Positions 7,802-16,404 are shown, numbered from the stretch's first letter. The stretch: 32,000 bases of DNA from Propionibacterium ruminifibrarum (GCF_900289195.1 NZ_OMOH01000003.1:266697-298696); one strand, 5' to 3'. Made by a program: numbers and translations. The notes: generated from the letters alone by a model not told the origin.

Positions 7802-9655
7802 TCACGGGTTGTTCCTCGGGCCGTGCCGGGCAGGGATGACCCGGCCGGCCAGTTCCAGGGCGACGACGATGACGACCAGCCACGCCACACCAGCCCACAG
7901 CCCATCGGCGCCGGACGCGAACCGGTCGACGATCCAGCCCGGCAGGCTGCCCGGCGTTGGCCCGGGGGCCGAGCCGGACACGACGAGCATGAGCGAGGCC
8001 GCGCCGACCGCCCGGGAGAGCGCCAGAACGACGGCCTGCACCAGGCCGGCCGACGCCGTCGCCAGCTGGACGCGCAGGATGACCGACCACGTGGCCGCCC
8101 CTAGCGCCAGCGCCTGCTCGCGCAGCGCGGGAGGCACGAGATCGAGCATCTGGGTGGCGCCCCGCACGATGTAGGGGATCATGAGCGCGCACAGCGCGAC
8201 GCCGGCGGCCGCACGCCCGGGCACCTGGGCCGGGCCGGCCAGCAGACCGAAGAACGCCAGGGCGCCCAGGCCCGCGGTGAGCGGGGGGACGCTGACCGCG
8301 GCGTCCGCCAGGGAGGCGACGACGCGGGCGCCGCGCCGGCCCGCGTACTCGGTCGACCACACGGCGCAGGCCAGTCCGACGGGCACCGAGACGACGGTCG
8401 CGGCGGCGATGGTCGCCAGGGTCCCGCCCACTGCCGTCAGCACCGGGGCCGAGGAGAACACCGCGGGGGAGGCCACGGCGCCCAGAACCGCACGGACGAG
8501 CAGTGAGACCAGGGGCAGCACCGTCAGCGCGAACGCCACCGCGCACAGGTCGCGGCAGCCGGTGTCCGCCGCGCTGCGCGACCCCTCGACGGCCCAGACG
8601 ACGAGCAGGTGGGCGAGCAGATAGGCGAAGGCCCAGCCGACGAGCGTTCCGGTCAGGCCGGCGGCACCTGCCAGGGCCTCGAGCAGGACGACGACGAGCA
8701 GGCATGCGGGAGCCAGCACGGCGCCGGACCAGCCCGGCAGCCGACCACCCGCGAGCGGGGCGCCGACGCCCCTGCCCGCGGAGTCCGGGCGCCCGGCCCG
8801 CTCCCGGCGCGGCCGCCCCCGGGGGCGCCGGGCGGTCAGCGCCCGGGCGGCCAGGCCGACCGCGAGGACGGCGAACGCGACGGCGAACGCTGCGAGTGCG
8901 AACGGTCCGAGGCCGCCGCCAGAGAGCAGGAGACGCCACAGCCCCGAGCGCGAACCGTCCCCGGGCCAGGTCAGGCGGTCGGGGCGGACACCGCCGAACA
9001 GGGCCGCCAGGGTGAGCGCCTCGGACAGTGCGCGGGACAGCGCGAGGGCCGCCGTCGAGCGCAGGGTCCGCGCCGAGAAGGGCAGGACGACCTGGCGGAC
9101 CATCTCCCAGCGGGTGGCGCCGAGAGCCAGGGAGGCCTCCATCCGCCCGAACGGCACCTGGGCGAAGACCCCGTGACTCAGTGAGGCGATCGTCGGGACG
9201 ATGGCGGCCATCAGCACCAGGCCGGCGAGGACGGCCCGGTCGACGTCCCCGCCGGCCGGGTTGACGAGCCCCTGCGCCAGGAGCAGGTAGGCGACCGCCG
9301 GGACCGCCGCCAGCAGGTCGATGACCGTCCCGAGGGCACGCCGGGCCCGGCGCGGCGCGAACCGGGCCGCGAACAGCGCGGCCCCGACACCGACCGGCAG
9401 GCCTGCCGCAACGGCGGCGGTCGCGGCGCAGAGCGTCCACGCCAGTAACCGGCCCAGCCCCTCGCCCGGGCCCCCCGGCGCCGTGGCCGACTGGCATGCC
9501 AGGACGGCGATGAGCGCCACCGGGATGAGAACGGCCGCCCCGGTTCCGGCGCGGGCCAGGGCGCGCGCGGCCCGGTCACCCGTGCTGCGCGCGCCGGGCG
9601 GCACGACCAGCCGGCCGGCGGGCGCCGCCGGGGGCGGCTGCGTTGCATTACTCAT
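7802..9655 (-). CDS. fused PstC-PstA phosphate ABC transporter permease
   Basis: The N-terminal half has the PstC-like motif EASLALGATRWEMVRQVVLPF. The C-terminal half has the PstA-like motif REQALALGAATWSVILRVQL. Preferred start is ATG 9655 (GAGGAC 8 nt upstream). The track start 9703 is a GTG inside a strong stem-loop. Confidence 0.75.
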   Translation of the reverse strand: MSNATQPPPAAPAGRLVVPPGARSTGDRAARALARAGTGAAVLIPVALIAVLACQSATAPGGPGEGLGRLLAWTLCAATAAVAAGLPVGVGAALFAARFAPRRARRALGTVIDLLAAVPAVAYLLLAQGLVNPAGGDVDRAVLAGLVLMAAIVPTIASLSHGVFAQVPFGRMEASLALGATRWEMVRQVVLPFSARTLRSTAALALSRALSEALTLAALFGGVRPDRLTWPGDGSRSGLWRLLLSGGGLGPFALAAFAVAFAVLAVGLAARALTARRPRGRPRRERAGRPDSAGRGVGAPLAGGRLPGWSGAVLAPACLLVVVLLEALAGAAGLTGTLVGWAFAYLLAHLLVVWAVEGSRSAADTGCRDLCAVAFALTVLPLVSLLVRAVLGAVASPAVFSSAPVLTAVGGTLATIAAATVVSVPVGLACAVWSTEYAGRRGARVVASLADAAVSVPPLTAGLGALAFFGLLAGPAQVPGRAAAGVALCALMIPYIVRGATQMLDLVPPALREQALALGAATWSVILRVQLATASAGLVQAVVLALSRAVGAASLMLVVSGSAPGPTPGSLPGWIVDRFASGADGLWAGVAWLVVIVVALELAGRVIPARHGPRNNP

Positions 9656-9680
9656 CGTGCTGGGTCCTCGGGTCGGTGGC

Positions 9681-9770
9681 GGGCGCGACGTGCCCGCCGA
9701 CACCGAGGTTATGCGGCCTGCGCGGCCGGTGAGAACCTCGGGGAATGATCGTGGCGGCGCACGTCGCGCC
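9681..9770. repeat. 90-nt nested inverted repeat (long imperfect stem-loop) between the NUDIX gene and the pst permease
   Basis: Outer arms GGGCGCGACGTGC (9681-9693) and GCACGTCGCGCCC (9758-9770) are perfect over 13 bp. Middle arms are CCGAGGTT (9703-9710) and AACCTCGG (9733-9740). Inner arms are CGGCC (9714-9718) and GGCCG (9723-9727). Confidence 0.6.
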
Positions 9771-9793
9771 CCCGGCCCTCACCCGGCAGCTGC

Positions 9794-10699
9794 TCACCCG
9801 ATGGCGAGGTGCGACTCGGTGTCGAGCACCTGCCCGTCGGGGCCGATGTGCAGCACGAGCGACTGCCCGGGGTGCATCGGGGTCTTGCCGAGACCCAGGC
9901 CGGCCTGCATGGCCGGCAGCACCGGGCGGTGCCCGCACACGACGGGCCGGGTGCCGGGGTCTGCGCCGACACCCGTGCGCAGCTCGGCCATGAAGGAGGA
10001 CACCTGGTCGCCGTTCCCGTCTGCCACCTCCTCGCTCAGCAGGGCGACGAGCTCGGGCGGCAGGCCGGTGTCCTCGGCGTAGGGTTCGACGGTCTGGGCG
10101 CAGCGCGTCGACGTGCTCGTGATGATCCGGTTGACGCCGTAGGCGGCGAACAGGGCGGGCAGCCGCGCGGCCTGGCGCCGGCCGCGCGGGGCCAGCGGAC
10201 GCAGCCAGTCGTCGCCCTTCCAGGCCTTGCGGGGGCTGGCCTTGGCGTGGCGGGTGAGGACGAGCACCCCGGACGGGCCCTGCCCGTGGACCTCGACGGC
10301 GCGGGCCAGCAGCGCCCGCTCGTCCTCGTGGGCGAGCAGCGCGTCGGCCTCACCGACTGTGGCCCACAGCACCTCGTCGGCCTCGTCGTCGTGGGGGGCG
10401 ACCGTCTCGTCCTCGGCGACCCCGAGCCACCAGTGGACCCGTTTGTGGTCGTGGCCCACCATGTAGTCCAGCGGCGGCAGCGGCCGGGACAACCGGACCC
10501 GCACCCCGGTCTCCTCAGCCACCTCGCGCACGGCGGTCACCGGGAGCGGCTCGTCGGGCTCCTGGTGGCCCTTGGGCAGCCCCCAGGTGCCGTAACGCGG
10601 GACGTGCTCGATGAGCACCTGCGTGCGGCCGTTCCTGACGCGCAGGACGACGGCGCCGGCGGCCCAGATGCTGGGCTCGCCCTCCAGTGCCCCGGTCAT
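9794..10699 (-). CDS. mutT1: bifunctional NUDIX hydrolase / histidine phosphatase family protein (MutT1-like)
   Basis: ATG at 10699 overlaps the ppk stop (ATGA). Nudix box [26 protein letters not shown] is followed by a histidine-phosphatase-like half ([10 protein letters not shown]...). It has the same position downstream of ppk1 as mycobacterial mutT1. The track start 10846 is an upstream extension into ppk. Confidence 0.8.
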   Translation of the reverse strand: MTGALEGEPSIWAAGAVVLRVRNGRTQVLIEHVPRYGTWGLPKGHQEPDEPLPVTAVREVAEETGVRVRLSRPLPPLDYMVGHDHKRVHWWLGVAEDETVAPHDDEADEVLWATVGEADALLAHEDERALLARAVEVHGQGPSGVLVLTRHAKASPRKAWKGDDWLRPLAPRGRRQAARLPALFAAYGVNRIITSTSTRCAQTVEPYAEDTGLPPELVALLSEEVADGNGDQVSSFMAELRTGVGADPGTRPVVCGHRPVLPAMQAGLGLGKTPMHPGQSLVLHIGPDGQVLDTESHLAIG

Positions 10700-12864
10700 C
10701 GGTTCTGCAGGACGCCGGGCCGCTGGAAGTACCAGGTGCGGCGGGGGGTCCGGGTGGTCTGGCGGCGGGTCGCGGTCTTGGCGATGAGATGCTCCTGGAT
10801 GTCGAGTTTCGGGTTGCCGTCGGCGTCGAGGGTGTCGGGTGTCCACTGGCGGTCGGTGAGCTTCCAGCTGACCGTACCCTCGTCGAAGGCCAGGTCGAAG
10901 AGTTCACCGATCTCGTCGATGTGCCGCTGGCTGGTGATCGAGACGATGGCCTCGACGCGGCGGTCGAGGTTGCGGTGCATCATGTCGGCCGAGCCGATGC
11001 CCACCGCCGGGTTCCCGTCGTTCTCGAACCAGAAGATGCGCGAGTGCTCCAGGAAGCGGCCGAGCACCGAGATGACCCGGATGTTCTCGCTCAGCCCCGG
11101 CACGCCCGGGCGGATGCCGCAGATGCCGCGCACCCACAGGTCGACCGGGACGCCGGCCTGGGAGGCCCGGTAGAGGGCGTCGATGACCTGCTCGTCGATG
11201 ATCGAGTTCACCTTGATGCGGATGCGCGCCTGCCGGCCGGCGCGCTTGTGCTCGATCTCGCGGTCGATGGACTCGATGATGCCGCTGCGCACCCCGTTGG
11301 GGGCCACCAGCAGCCGGCGGTACTCGGTCTCGGCCGTCATGCCGGACAGGTGGTTGAACAGGCGCGAGACGTCGTCGGTGACGATGGGGTTGCAGGTCAA
11401 CAGCCCCATGTCCTCGTACTGGCGTGCCGTCTTCGGGTTGTAGTTGCCGGTGCCTATGTGGGCGTAGCGGCGCAGCCCGTCGGGTTCGTCGCGCACCACG
11501 AGGATGAGCTTGCAGTGGGTCTTGAGCCCCACCATGCCGTAGACGACGTGGACGCCGTGACGTTCCAGCTTGCGCGCCCAGGCGATGTTGTTCTGCTCGT
11601 CGAAGCGGGCCTTGATCTCGACCAGGGCGAGCACCTGCTTGCCGGCCTCGGCGGCCTCGATGAGCGCGTCGATGATGGGGGAGTCGCCGCTGGTGCGGTA
11701 GAGCGTCTGCTTGATCGCCAGCACCTGAGGGTCGGCGGCCGCCTGCTCGATGAATCGCTGGACGCTCGTCGCGAAGGAGTCGTAGGGGTGCTGCAGCAGC
11801 ACGTCGTGACGCTTGATCGCCTTGAACAGGTCGGCCTCGCTGGACGTCTCGACCGGCGCCAAGTCGGGGTGCGTCTTGGGCAGGAAGTTCGGGTACTTCA
11901 GGTCCTCGCGGTCGACGTCGGCCAGGTCGAACAGGCCGGTGAGGTCCAGCGGGGCGGGCAGCTTGAAGACCTCCTTCTCGGAGATGTCCAGTTCGTTGAC
12001 GAGCAGGTCGAGCAGCTCGTCCGAGACGGTCTCCTCGACCTCCAGACGCACCGGGGGACGGCCGACCTTGCTGCGCAGCAGCTCCTTCTCCAGGGCGAAC
12101 AGCAGGTTCTCCGCGTCGTCCTCCTCGACCTCCACGTCCTCGTTGCGGGTGATGCGGAACAGGCACGAACTGGTCACCTGCCGGCCGGTGAACAGCTCGG
12201 ACAGGTGGTTGATGATGACGTCCTCGAGCGGGATGAACCGCGTGGGTGTCAGGCGGATGAGGCGGTCGAGGATGCGCGGCACCTTGATGCGGGAGAACTG
12301 GCGGGCGTCGTTGGCCGGGTTGCGCAGCAGCACGCCGATGTTCAGCGACAGGCCCGAGATGTACGGGAACGGGTGCGAGGGGTCGACGGCCAGCGGCGTG
12401 AGCACCGGGTAGATGCGCTCGGTGAACAGCTCGTCCATCCGGGCCTTCTCATCGTCGGTCAGCTGGCTCCAGCGCAGCAGGTCGATGCCCTCGGCCTCCA
12501 GGGCGGGGAGGATGTCGTCGCGGAAGAGCGCCGCCTGGGAGTCGACTAGCGCGTGGATGCGGGTGAGCATCGCGTCGTAGAGCTCGCGGGGACGCATGCC
12601 CGTGACGGAGGGGACGGCCACGCCGGCGTCGATACGGCGTTTGAGCCCGGCGACGCGGACCATGAAGAACTCGTCGAGGTTGGAGCTGAAGATCGCCGTG
12701 AACTTGGCGCGTTCGAGAAGCGGCACGCGCCGGGCGTCCCGGGCCAGGTCGAGGACGCGGTTGTTGAAGGCCAGCCAGCTCAGCTCGCGTTCGGAGTAGC
12801 GGTCGGGCGGCAGCTCGGCCGGCTGGTCCGCTGGCGGTTCGGTCATCTCTGGGCTGGCGTTCAT
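10696..12864 (-). CDS. ppk: polyphosphate kinase 1
   Basis: 722 aa. Motifs [37 protein letters not shown] and HCKLILVVR, plus the C-terminal PLD-like domains. ATG at 12864 overlaps the mshD stop (ATGA). Confidence 0.95.
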   Translation of the reverse strand: MNASPEMTEPPADQPAELPPDRYSERELSWLAFNNRVLDLARDARRVPLLERAKFTAIFSSNLDEFFMVRVAGLKRRIDAGVAVPSVTGMRPRELYDAMLTRIHALVDSQAALFRDDILPALEAEGIDLLRWSQLTDDEKARMDELFTERIYPVLTPLAVDPSHPFPYISGLSLNIGVLLRNPANDARQFSRIKVPRILDRLIRLTPTRFIPLEDVIINHLSELFTGRQVTSSCLFRITRNEDVEVEEDDAENLLFALEKELLRSKVGRPPVRLEVEETVSDELLDLLVNELDISEKEVFKLPAPLDLTGLFDLADVDREDLKYPNFLPKTHPDLAPVETSSEADLFKAIKRHDVLLQHPYDSFATSVQRFIEQAAADPQVLAIKQTLYRTSGDSPIIDALIEAAEAGKQVLALVEIKARFDEQNNIAWARKLERHGVHVVYGMVGLKTHCKLILVVRDEPDGLRRYAHIGTGNYNPKTARQYEDMGLLTCNPIVTDDVSRLFNHLSGMTAETEYRRLLVAPNGVRSGIIESIDREIEHKRAGRQARIRIKVNSIIDEQVIDALYRASQAGVPVDLWVRGICGIRPGVPGLSENIRVISVLGRFLEHSRIFWFENDGNPAVGIGSADMMHRNLDRRVEAIVSITSQRHIDEIGELFDLAFDEGTVSWKLTDRQWTPDTLDADGNPKLDIQEHLIAKTATRRQTTRTPRRTWYFQRPGVLQNR

Positions 12865-13836
12865 CGGTTCTGCTCCTGGTCTGCCCCGGCGGGCACACGC
12901 GCGTAGGCGGTATCCGTGGAGATCACCTGGAAGCCCGAGGACTGGTACATGTGCACCACCCTGGGGTTGCCTGCCTCGACGTAGAGGTCGATCGCCTGGG
13001 CACCGTGGTTCTGCATGTGCAGGATACCGGCATCGAGCAATGCGCGGCCGACCCCTTTGTGCTCCCAGTCGGGGTGGACGCCGAGGACGTAGACCTCGCC
13101 GCGCACCGTGCCGCCGACCGTCTCGACCTTGGTCCAGTGGAAGCCGGCGATCCGCCCGGAGCCGTCGCGCGCGACGAGCAGCCCGGCCGGGTCGAACCAG
13201 TCCTGCCCCATCCGCGCCCGGGCGTCCGCGGCCGTCATGGCGCCCTGCTCCGGGTGGTGCTCGAACGCGGCATGGTTGACCTCGACCAGGCGGTCCAGGT
13301 CGTCGTCCCGGTAGGTGTCCAGCGTCAGGGCCCCGGGCAGCCGCGCGTCATGACTGGCCTCGCCGGGCAGTTCCATGCTCATGACGAGCAGGCCCCGGAC
13401 GGGGCGCAGCCCAAGGCTCGCGGCGAACCCCTGGGCGGGCGGCAGGTTCCCGAACGCCCACCACGTCAGGTTCTCGGGGATCGGGGCGTTCAGGTCCTTC
13501 GCCCGCGACAAGGTGGTGTGACCGACGACGGCCCGGGCCAGCGCGGTCCCGATGCCCCGGCGCCGGGCGCCGGGGGCCACCATGATCTGCACGGTCTGCT
13601 CCCGGCCGTCCCAGTGCGCGTAGCCGAGTAGGCCGCGGTCGGTACTGCCGATGGGGCCCGGCTCGCGGGCCAGCCAGTGACTGTGCAGGGGGGGCTGAGC
13701 CGCCCAGTGAGAGCCGGGCCGACTCGTTGAGGGGCACCACGCCGTCGGCCGAGGCCACGTCGGCGGCGAGCGCGCGAACGAGGTCGGCGTCCGGTTCGGA
13801 CAGGCGGATGGCCGGAGGCGTGATGACGATGTTCAT
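12861..13836 (-). pseudogene. mshD: mycothiol synthase (MshD, tandem GNAT) interrupted by a frameshift in a G7/C7 homopolymer
   Basis: The N-terminal 50 codons (MNIVITPPAIRLSEPDADLVRALAADVASADGVVPLNESARLSLGGSAP) run from ATG 13836. The rest (HSHWLAREPGPIGSTDRGLLGYAHWDGREQTVQIMVAPGARRRGIGTA...HPEQG...GFHWTKV...[10 protein letters not shown]...YQSSGF) is in another frame ending at 12861. The frames meet at GGGGGGG 13688-13694. Six Gs would give one 324-aa ORF. Confidence 0.7.
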
Positions 13837-14076
13837 GCCCTCCAGCCTAGGTCTCAGATCGCCGCTACGAGACTTTCGAGCTTCTCGCTACGCCGGGGCA
13901 CCGGCCAGCAGCCATGCTTAAATCAACGGAAGTTGCCCGTTTCTGGGGTTCAAGGGCGCGACATCGCCACGTCGCGTCAGAAAAAGCATGGCCCAAACCC
14001 ATGGGCGTCGAGATGGTTGTCCGGGAGCCTGCGCAGGCGTGGAGTGGTCGTTCATGCCGGGGCTTACGGGCCAGTG

Positions 14077-14108
14077 GCCGCCGGAGGTCAGGAGTCCTTC
14101 CCGGCGGC
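14077..14108 (-). terminator. possible hairpin terminator after the DUF3841-like gene (no U-tract)
   Basis: GCCGCCGG (14077-14084) pairs with CCGGCGGC (14101-14108) around a 16-nt loop, 14 nt beyond the TAA stop at 14122-14124. Confidence 0.25.
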
Positions 14109-14121
14109 AGGCTGTGTGGAA

Positions 14122-14715
14122 TTAGGGCCATTTCGGTTCAGGATGCCCCTTGAAGAAGCAGTGGCTGACCACGTCCTCAGGGCGAATCTCCCACAACACC
14201 CCCTGTGTCGGGTGAGAGGGGTTGACTGCGAGGCACCGTGCCCAGGAGTGGCGTTTGGCCTGCTGGAGACGCGCGCGCTCGGTGGTGCCCTCGGCGCTGT
14301 TGTCCCAGGCGTTCCAGAAGCGGTTCATCCCGCGTCCGTTGAAGGAGTCGTTGATCACGCGCTCCCACCCGGAGGCATCGGTGAGGAGCACCCGGTGGGG
14401 GTCGACTCGCAGCTCGAGCATCACTCCCGGGGCGTACTGCTGGTATCGGCGGAGATCGGGCCGGACCGGCCCGTCGCTGCCGATGCACCAGTGGGCCCAG
14501 ACGGGCCATCGGAGGCGGGGTGTGGGGCGGGGATCCCTGTGATCCAGTCGATCAGCGATCCAGTCGTATGCGGCGACCAGCTTGGCCCGCAATTCCTCAT
14601 CTTCTTCGATCGAGGGCCAGCACAAGTCATCGGGCACCCGGTAGCTCTGACCCGTCTTGAGTCGCTGCCAGACGTCGCGGTGCTGCAGGGTCCACAGAGT
14701 GATCGGGGAGTCCAT
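14122..14715 (-). CDS. DUF3841-like protein (197 aa)
   Basis: ATG at 14715 lies 5 nt after the upstream stop. MDSPITLWTLQHRDVWQRL..., AAYDWIADRL, RWPVWAHW and HRVLLTDASGW fit my recollection of the DUF3841 pattern (LWTIQ, YDWM, YPVWAW, VLLSDF). It has a TAA stop and lower GC. The track start 14952 is an upstream extension. Confidence 0.6.
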   Translation of the reverse strand: MDSPITLWTLQHRDVWQRLKTGQSYRVPDDLCWPSIEEDEELRAKLVAAYDWIADRLDHRDPRPTPRLRWPVWAHWCIGSDGPVRPDLRRYQQYAPGVMLELRVDPHRVLLTDASGWERVINDSFNGRGMNRFWNAWDNSAEGTTERARLQQAKRHSWARCLAVNPSHPTQGVLWEIRPEDVVSHCFFKGHPEPKWP

Positions 14716-14720
14716 GATGG

Positions 14721-15362
14721 TCACAGCGGCACCACCCCGAAGCGCAGCTCCCAGCTCGGGAGAATCCCAGCGAGCATCCCCGGCGTCGCGGAATCGTTGG
14801 GCACTCCGAAATCGAGTATCGACTGGACTCGTGAGGGGCGATGACAGGCGACCAGCAGAAGCATGACAGCCATCTGATAAGGCCTTGTCAGGAGCCGGAG
14901 TGCATGTTCGGGCTGCGGTGAGGGCTCGGCCTCTTCCCAGTGGGGTTCCCACCCGAAGGCGTCACGGAGTGCTTCCCGTTCGTCGTCGGCCGTCCAGCTC
15001 TCGTCGTCCCCGAGTCGGTCGGGGAGACACCAGGTGTCGAAGGCGCTTCGCGCTGTGCGGTATGGGGCACGCCAATAATGTTGTGTCCAGTGCCTCTCAC
15101 CGAAGGACACCGACTCCCACTTGTAGGAGGTCCTTGAGAGGATCGGCCACAACCCGGTCGAGGGGAACTGCTTCGCGCAGCGAAGCCACAGGCCGCAGAG
15201 GGGCTCTGTCTTGTCGGCGATCCGATAGCCGAGGACCTCGCCGTGGTCGCCGGAGAACAGTTCCCCATCGGGAAGGTCCAGAACAGCCAGGTCAGCGGGC
15301 ATCGCGGTGTGGGACGACCAGAGATCGTCGTGCAAACCAACTGGTTTTGCGGCAGTACTCAT
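14721..15362 (-). CDS. DUF4253-like protein, apparently lacking the C-terminal part of the domain (213 aa)
   Basis: ATG at 15362 with AGGAGG 6 nt upstream. The internal TGLWPIL and the C-terminal LLLVACHRPSRVQSILDFGVPNDSATPGMLAGILPSWELRFGVVPL resemble the first half of DUF4253 (the ...W.eRFGA... region). The ORF then stops. Confidence 0.5.
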   Translation of the reverse strand: MSTAAKPVGLHDDLWSSHTAMPADLAVLDLPDGELFSGDHGEVLGYRIADKTEPLCGLWLRCAKQFPSTGLWPILSRTSYKWESVSFGERHWTQHYWRAPYRTARSAFDTWCLPDRLGDDESWTADDEREALRDAFGWEPHWEEAEPSPQPEHALRLLTRPYQMAVMLLLVACHRPSRVQSILDFGVPNDSATPGMLAGILPSWELRFGVVPL

Positions 15363-15874
15363 CACGGGCCTCCTGGGCATGTGCTCCTTGTGACCAGTGT
15401 GGCCTCGGGTACTGACGATTCGGCTCTGGCGCCTGAGACCAGCAGTTCTCGTAGCCCCAGAGGTATGGCCATTTCGGGAGCGGCAAGAAGAAATACCTCG
15501 TGAAATCAAAGGACCTGGGGCCGGGCAATCCCAGTGTTCCTCGTTGGGAGTCTTCCTTGCTGTGGGTGGTGAAGGCCAGGTCCAGAACTCATTGTCGTTC
15601 TGGTACGAGGGGAACCTGGGAGAAGAGCTCGGGGCGGGCGCCAGCTTGGTTGAAGAGTGCAGAACATGGTAGATCGTGGGGCCGACTGCACCTATGCGCC
15701 GGGCGAAGGTCGGCGGCGTGCTGAACCCGTGGCGCTCAGGGCCCGGTGCAACGGCCCGAATCGGTGAGCCCCGGTGTCAGGTAGTGGACAGTGGTCCGGC
15801 CCGGTGCCCACCGCCCCAGGTGAGAGGATCAGATCGCGCCGGCGTTCCCGGCGAACGCGAGAAATGAGATCACC

Positions 15875-16327
15875 ATGGACTTCGACGTGCTCGACTTCGC
15901 GCGGCTGCTGAACAGACTCCCGGCGCACCTGCCGATCTCGGACGACTACGACGGGTTCGTCGATGGCGAGTACCGTCGGGGGACGCCCTGGTACACCTCA
16001 CAGCGGCAGCACATGGTGGGGTGGTTCCGCGCCCAGGCCACCACCGGTTCGGGCGACTACAGCAGGAACACGCCGAACCACTCGGCGCGGAGGGCGTACA
16101 ACCGCATTCTGAACGCCGGTTCGCTGCTGTGGATCAACGAGGCGCTGGGTCAGGACCCCGATCTCGTGAGGCAGGCCGCCGAAGCGGCCGCCCTCGAGCG
16201 CGAGTACCGCAGGCGCTGCCGGATCGTGCGCGAGTACCTGCCGTGGGACCGGGTCGCCGAACTGGCCGAGGCCAGGGGCACGCTCCGCGGACGCGTCAGG
16301 ACGCTGGGGGAGCGGTTCCGCCGCTGA
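15875..16327 (+). CDS. hypothetical protein (150 aa), no family recognised
   Basis: ATG-initiated ORF with coding-like composition (MDFDVLDFARLLNRL...WYTSQRQHMVGWFRAQ...LLWINEALG). The RBS is weak. It is convergent with the next gene. Confidence 0.5.
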   Translation: MDFDVLDFARLLNRLPAHLPISDDYDGFVDGEYRRGTPWYTSQRQHMVGWFRAQATTGSGDYSRNTPNHSARRAYNRILNAGSLLWINEALGQDPDLVRQAAEAAALEREYRRRCRIVREYLPWDRVAELAEARGTLRGRVRTLGERFRR

Positions 16328-16404
16328 CCCGGCCCTGGTGCGGCTGGCGCGCGCCACGCGGCCGTGCTCTGCCGGACCGGACCGTCGGGGGCTGCTGCGG
16401 CGGG

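Noticed and set aside
7776-9497. 573-aa minus ORF and several plus ORFs (7052..8104, 8503..9184, 9321..10082) over the pst permease
   Set aside because: They are out-of-frame or antisense Arg/Pro/Gly-rich shadows. The 7802..9655 frame carries the PstC and PstA signature motifs.
10687-12549. 620-aa plus-strand ORF and 420-aa out-of-frame minus ORF (10904..12166) within ppk
   Set aside because: These are antisense or shadow frames of an unambiguous PPK1 gene with no motifs of their own.
13348-13687. C-terminal two thirds of the 162-aa ORF 13348..13836 as an independent protein
   Set aside because: After the G7 tract this frame becomes Arg/Pro/Gly-rich nonsense, while the alternative frame continues the MshD sequence. 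I interpret it as a frameshift artefact or pseudogene.
13933-14844. 303-aa plus-strand ORF antisense to the DUF3841-like gene
   Set aside because: It has no start context or motifs. The minus-strand frame has family-like motifs, an adjacent upstream gene and sensible boundaries.
13837-16404. tRNA gene, integrase or flanking direct repeats marking the islet as a classical genomic island
   Set aside because: I found none. The 13911-13992 element was tested against a cloverleaf and does not fit, and no recombinase-like ORF is present.
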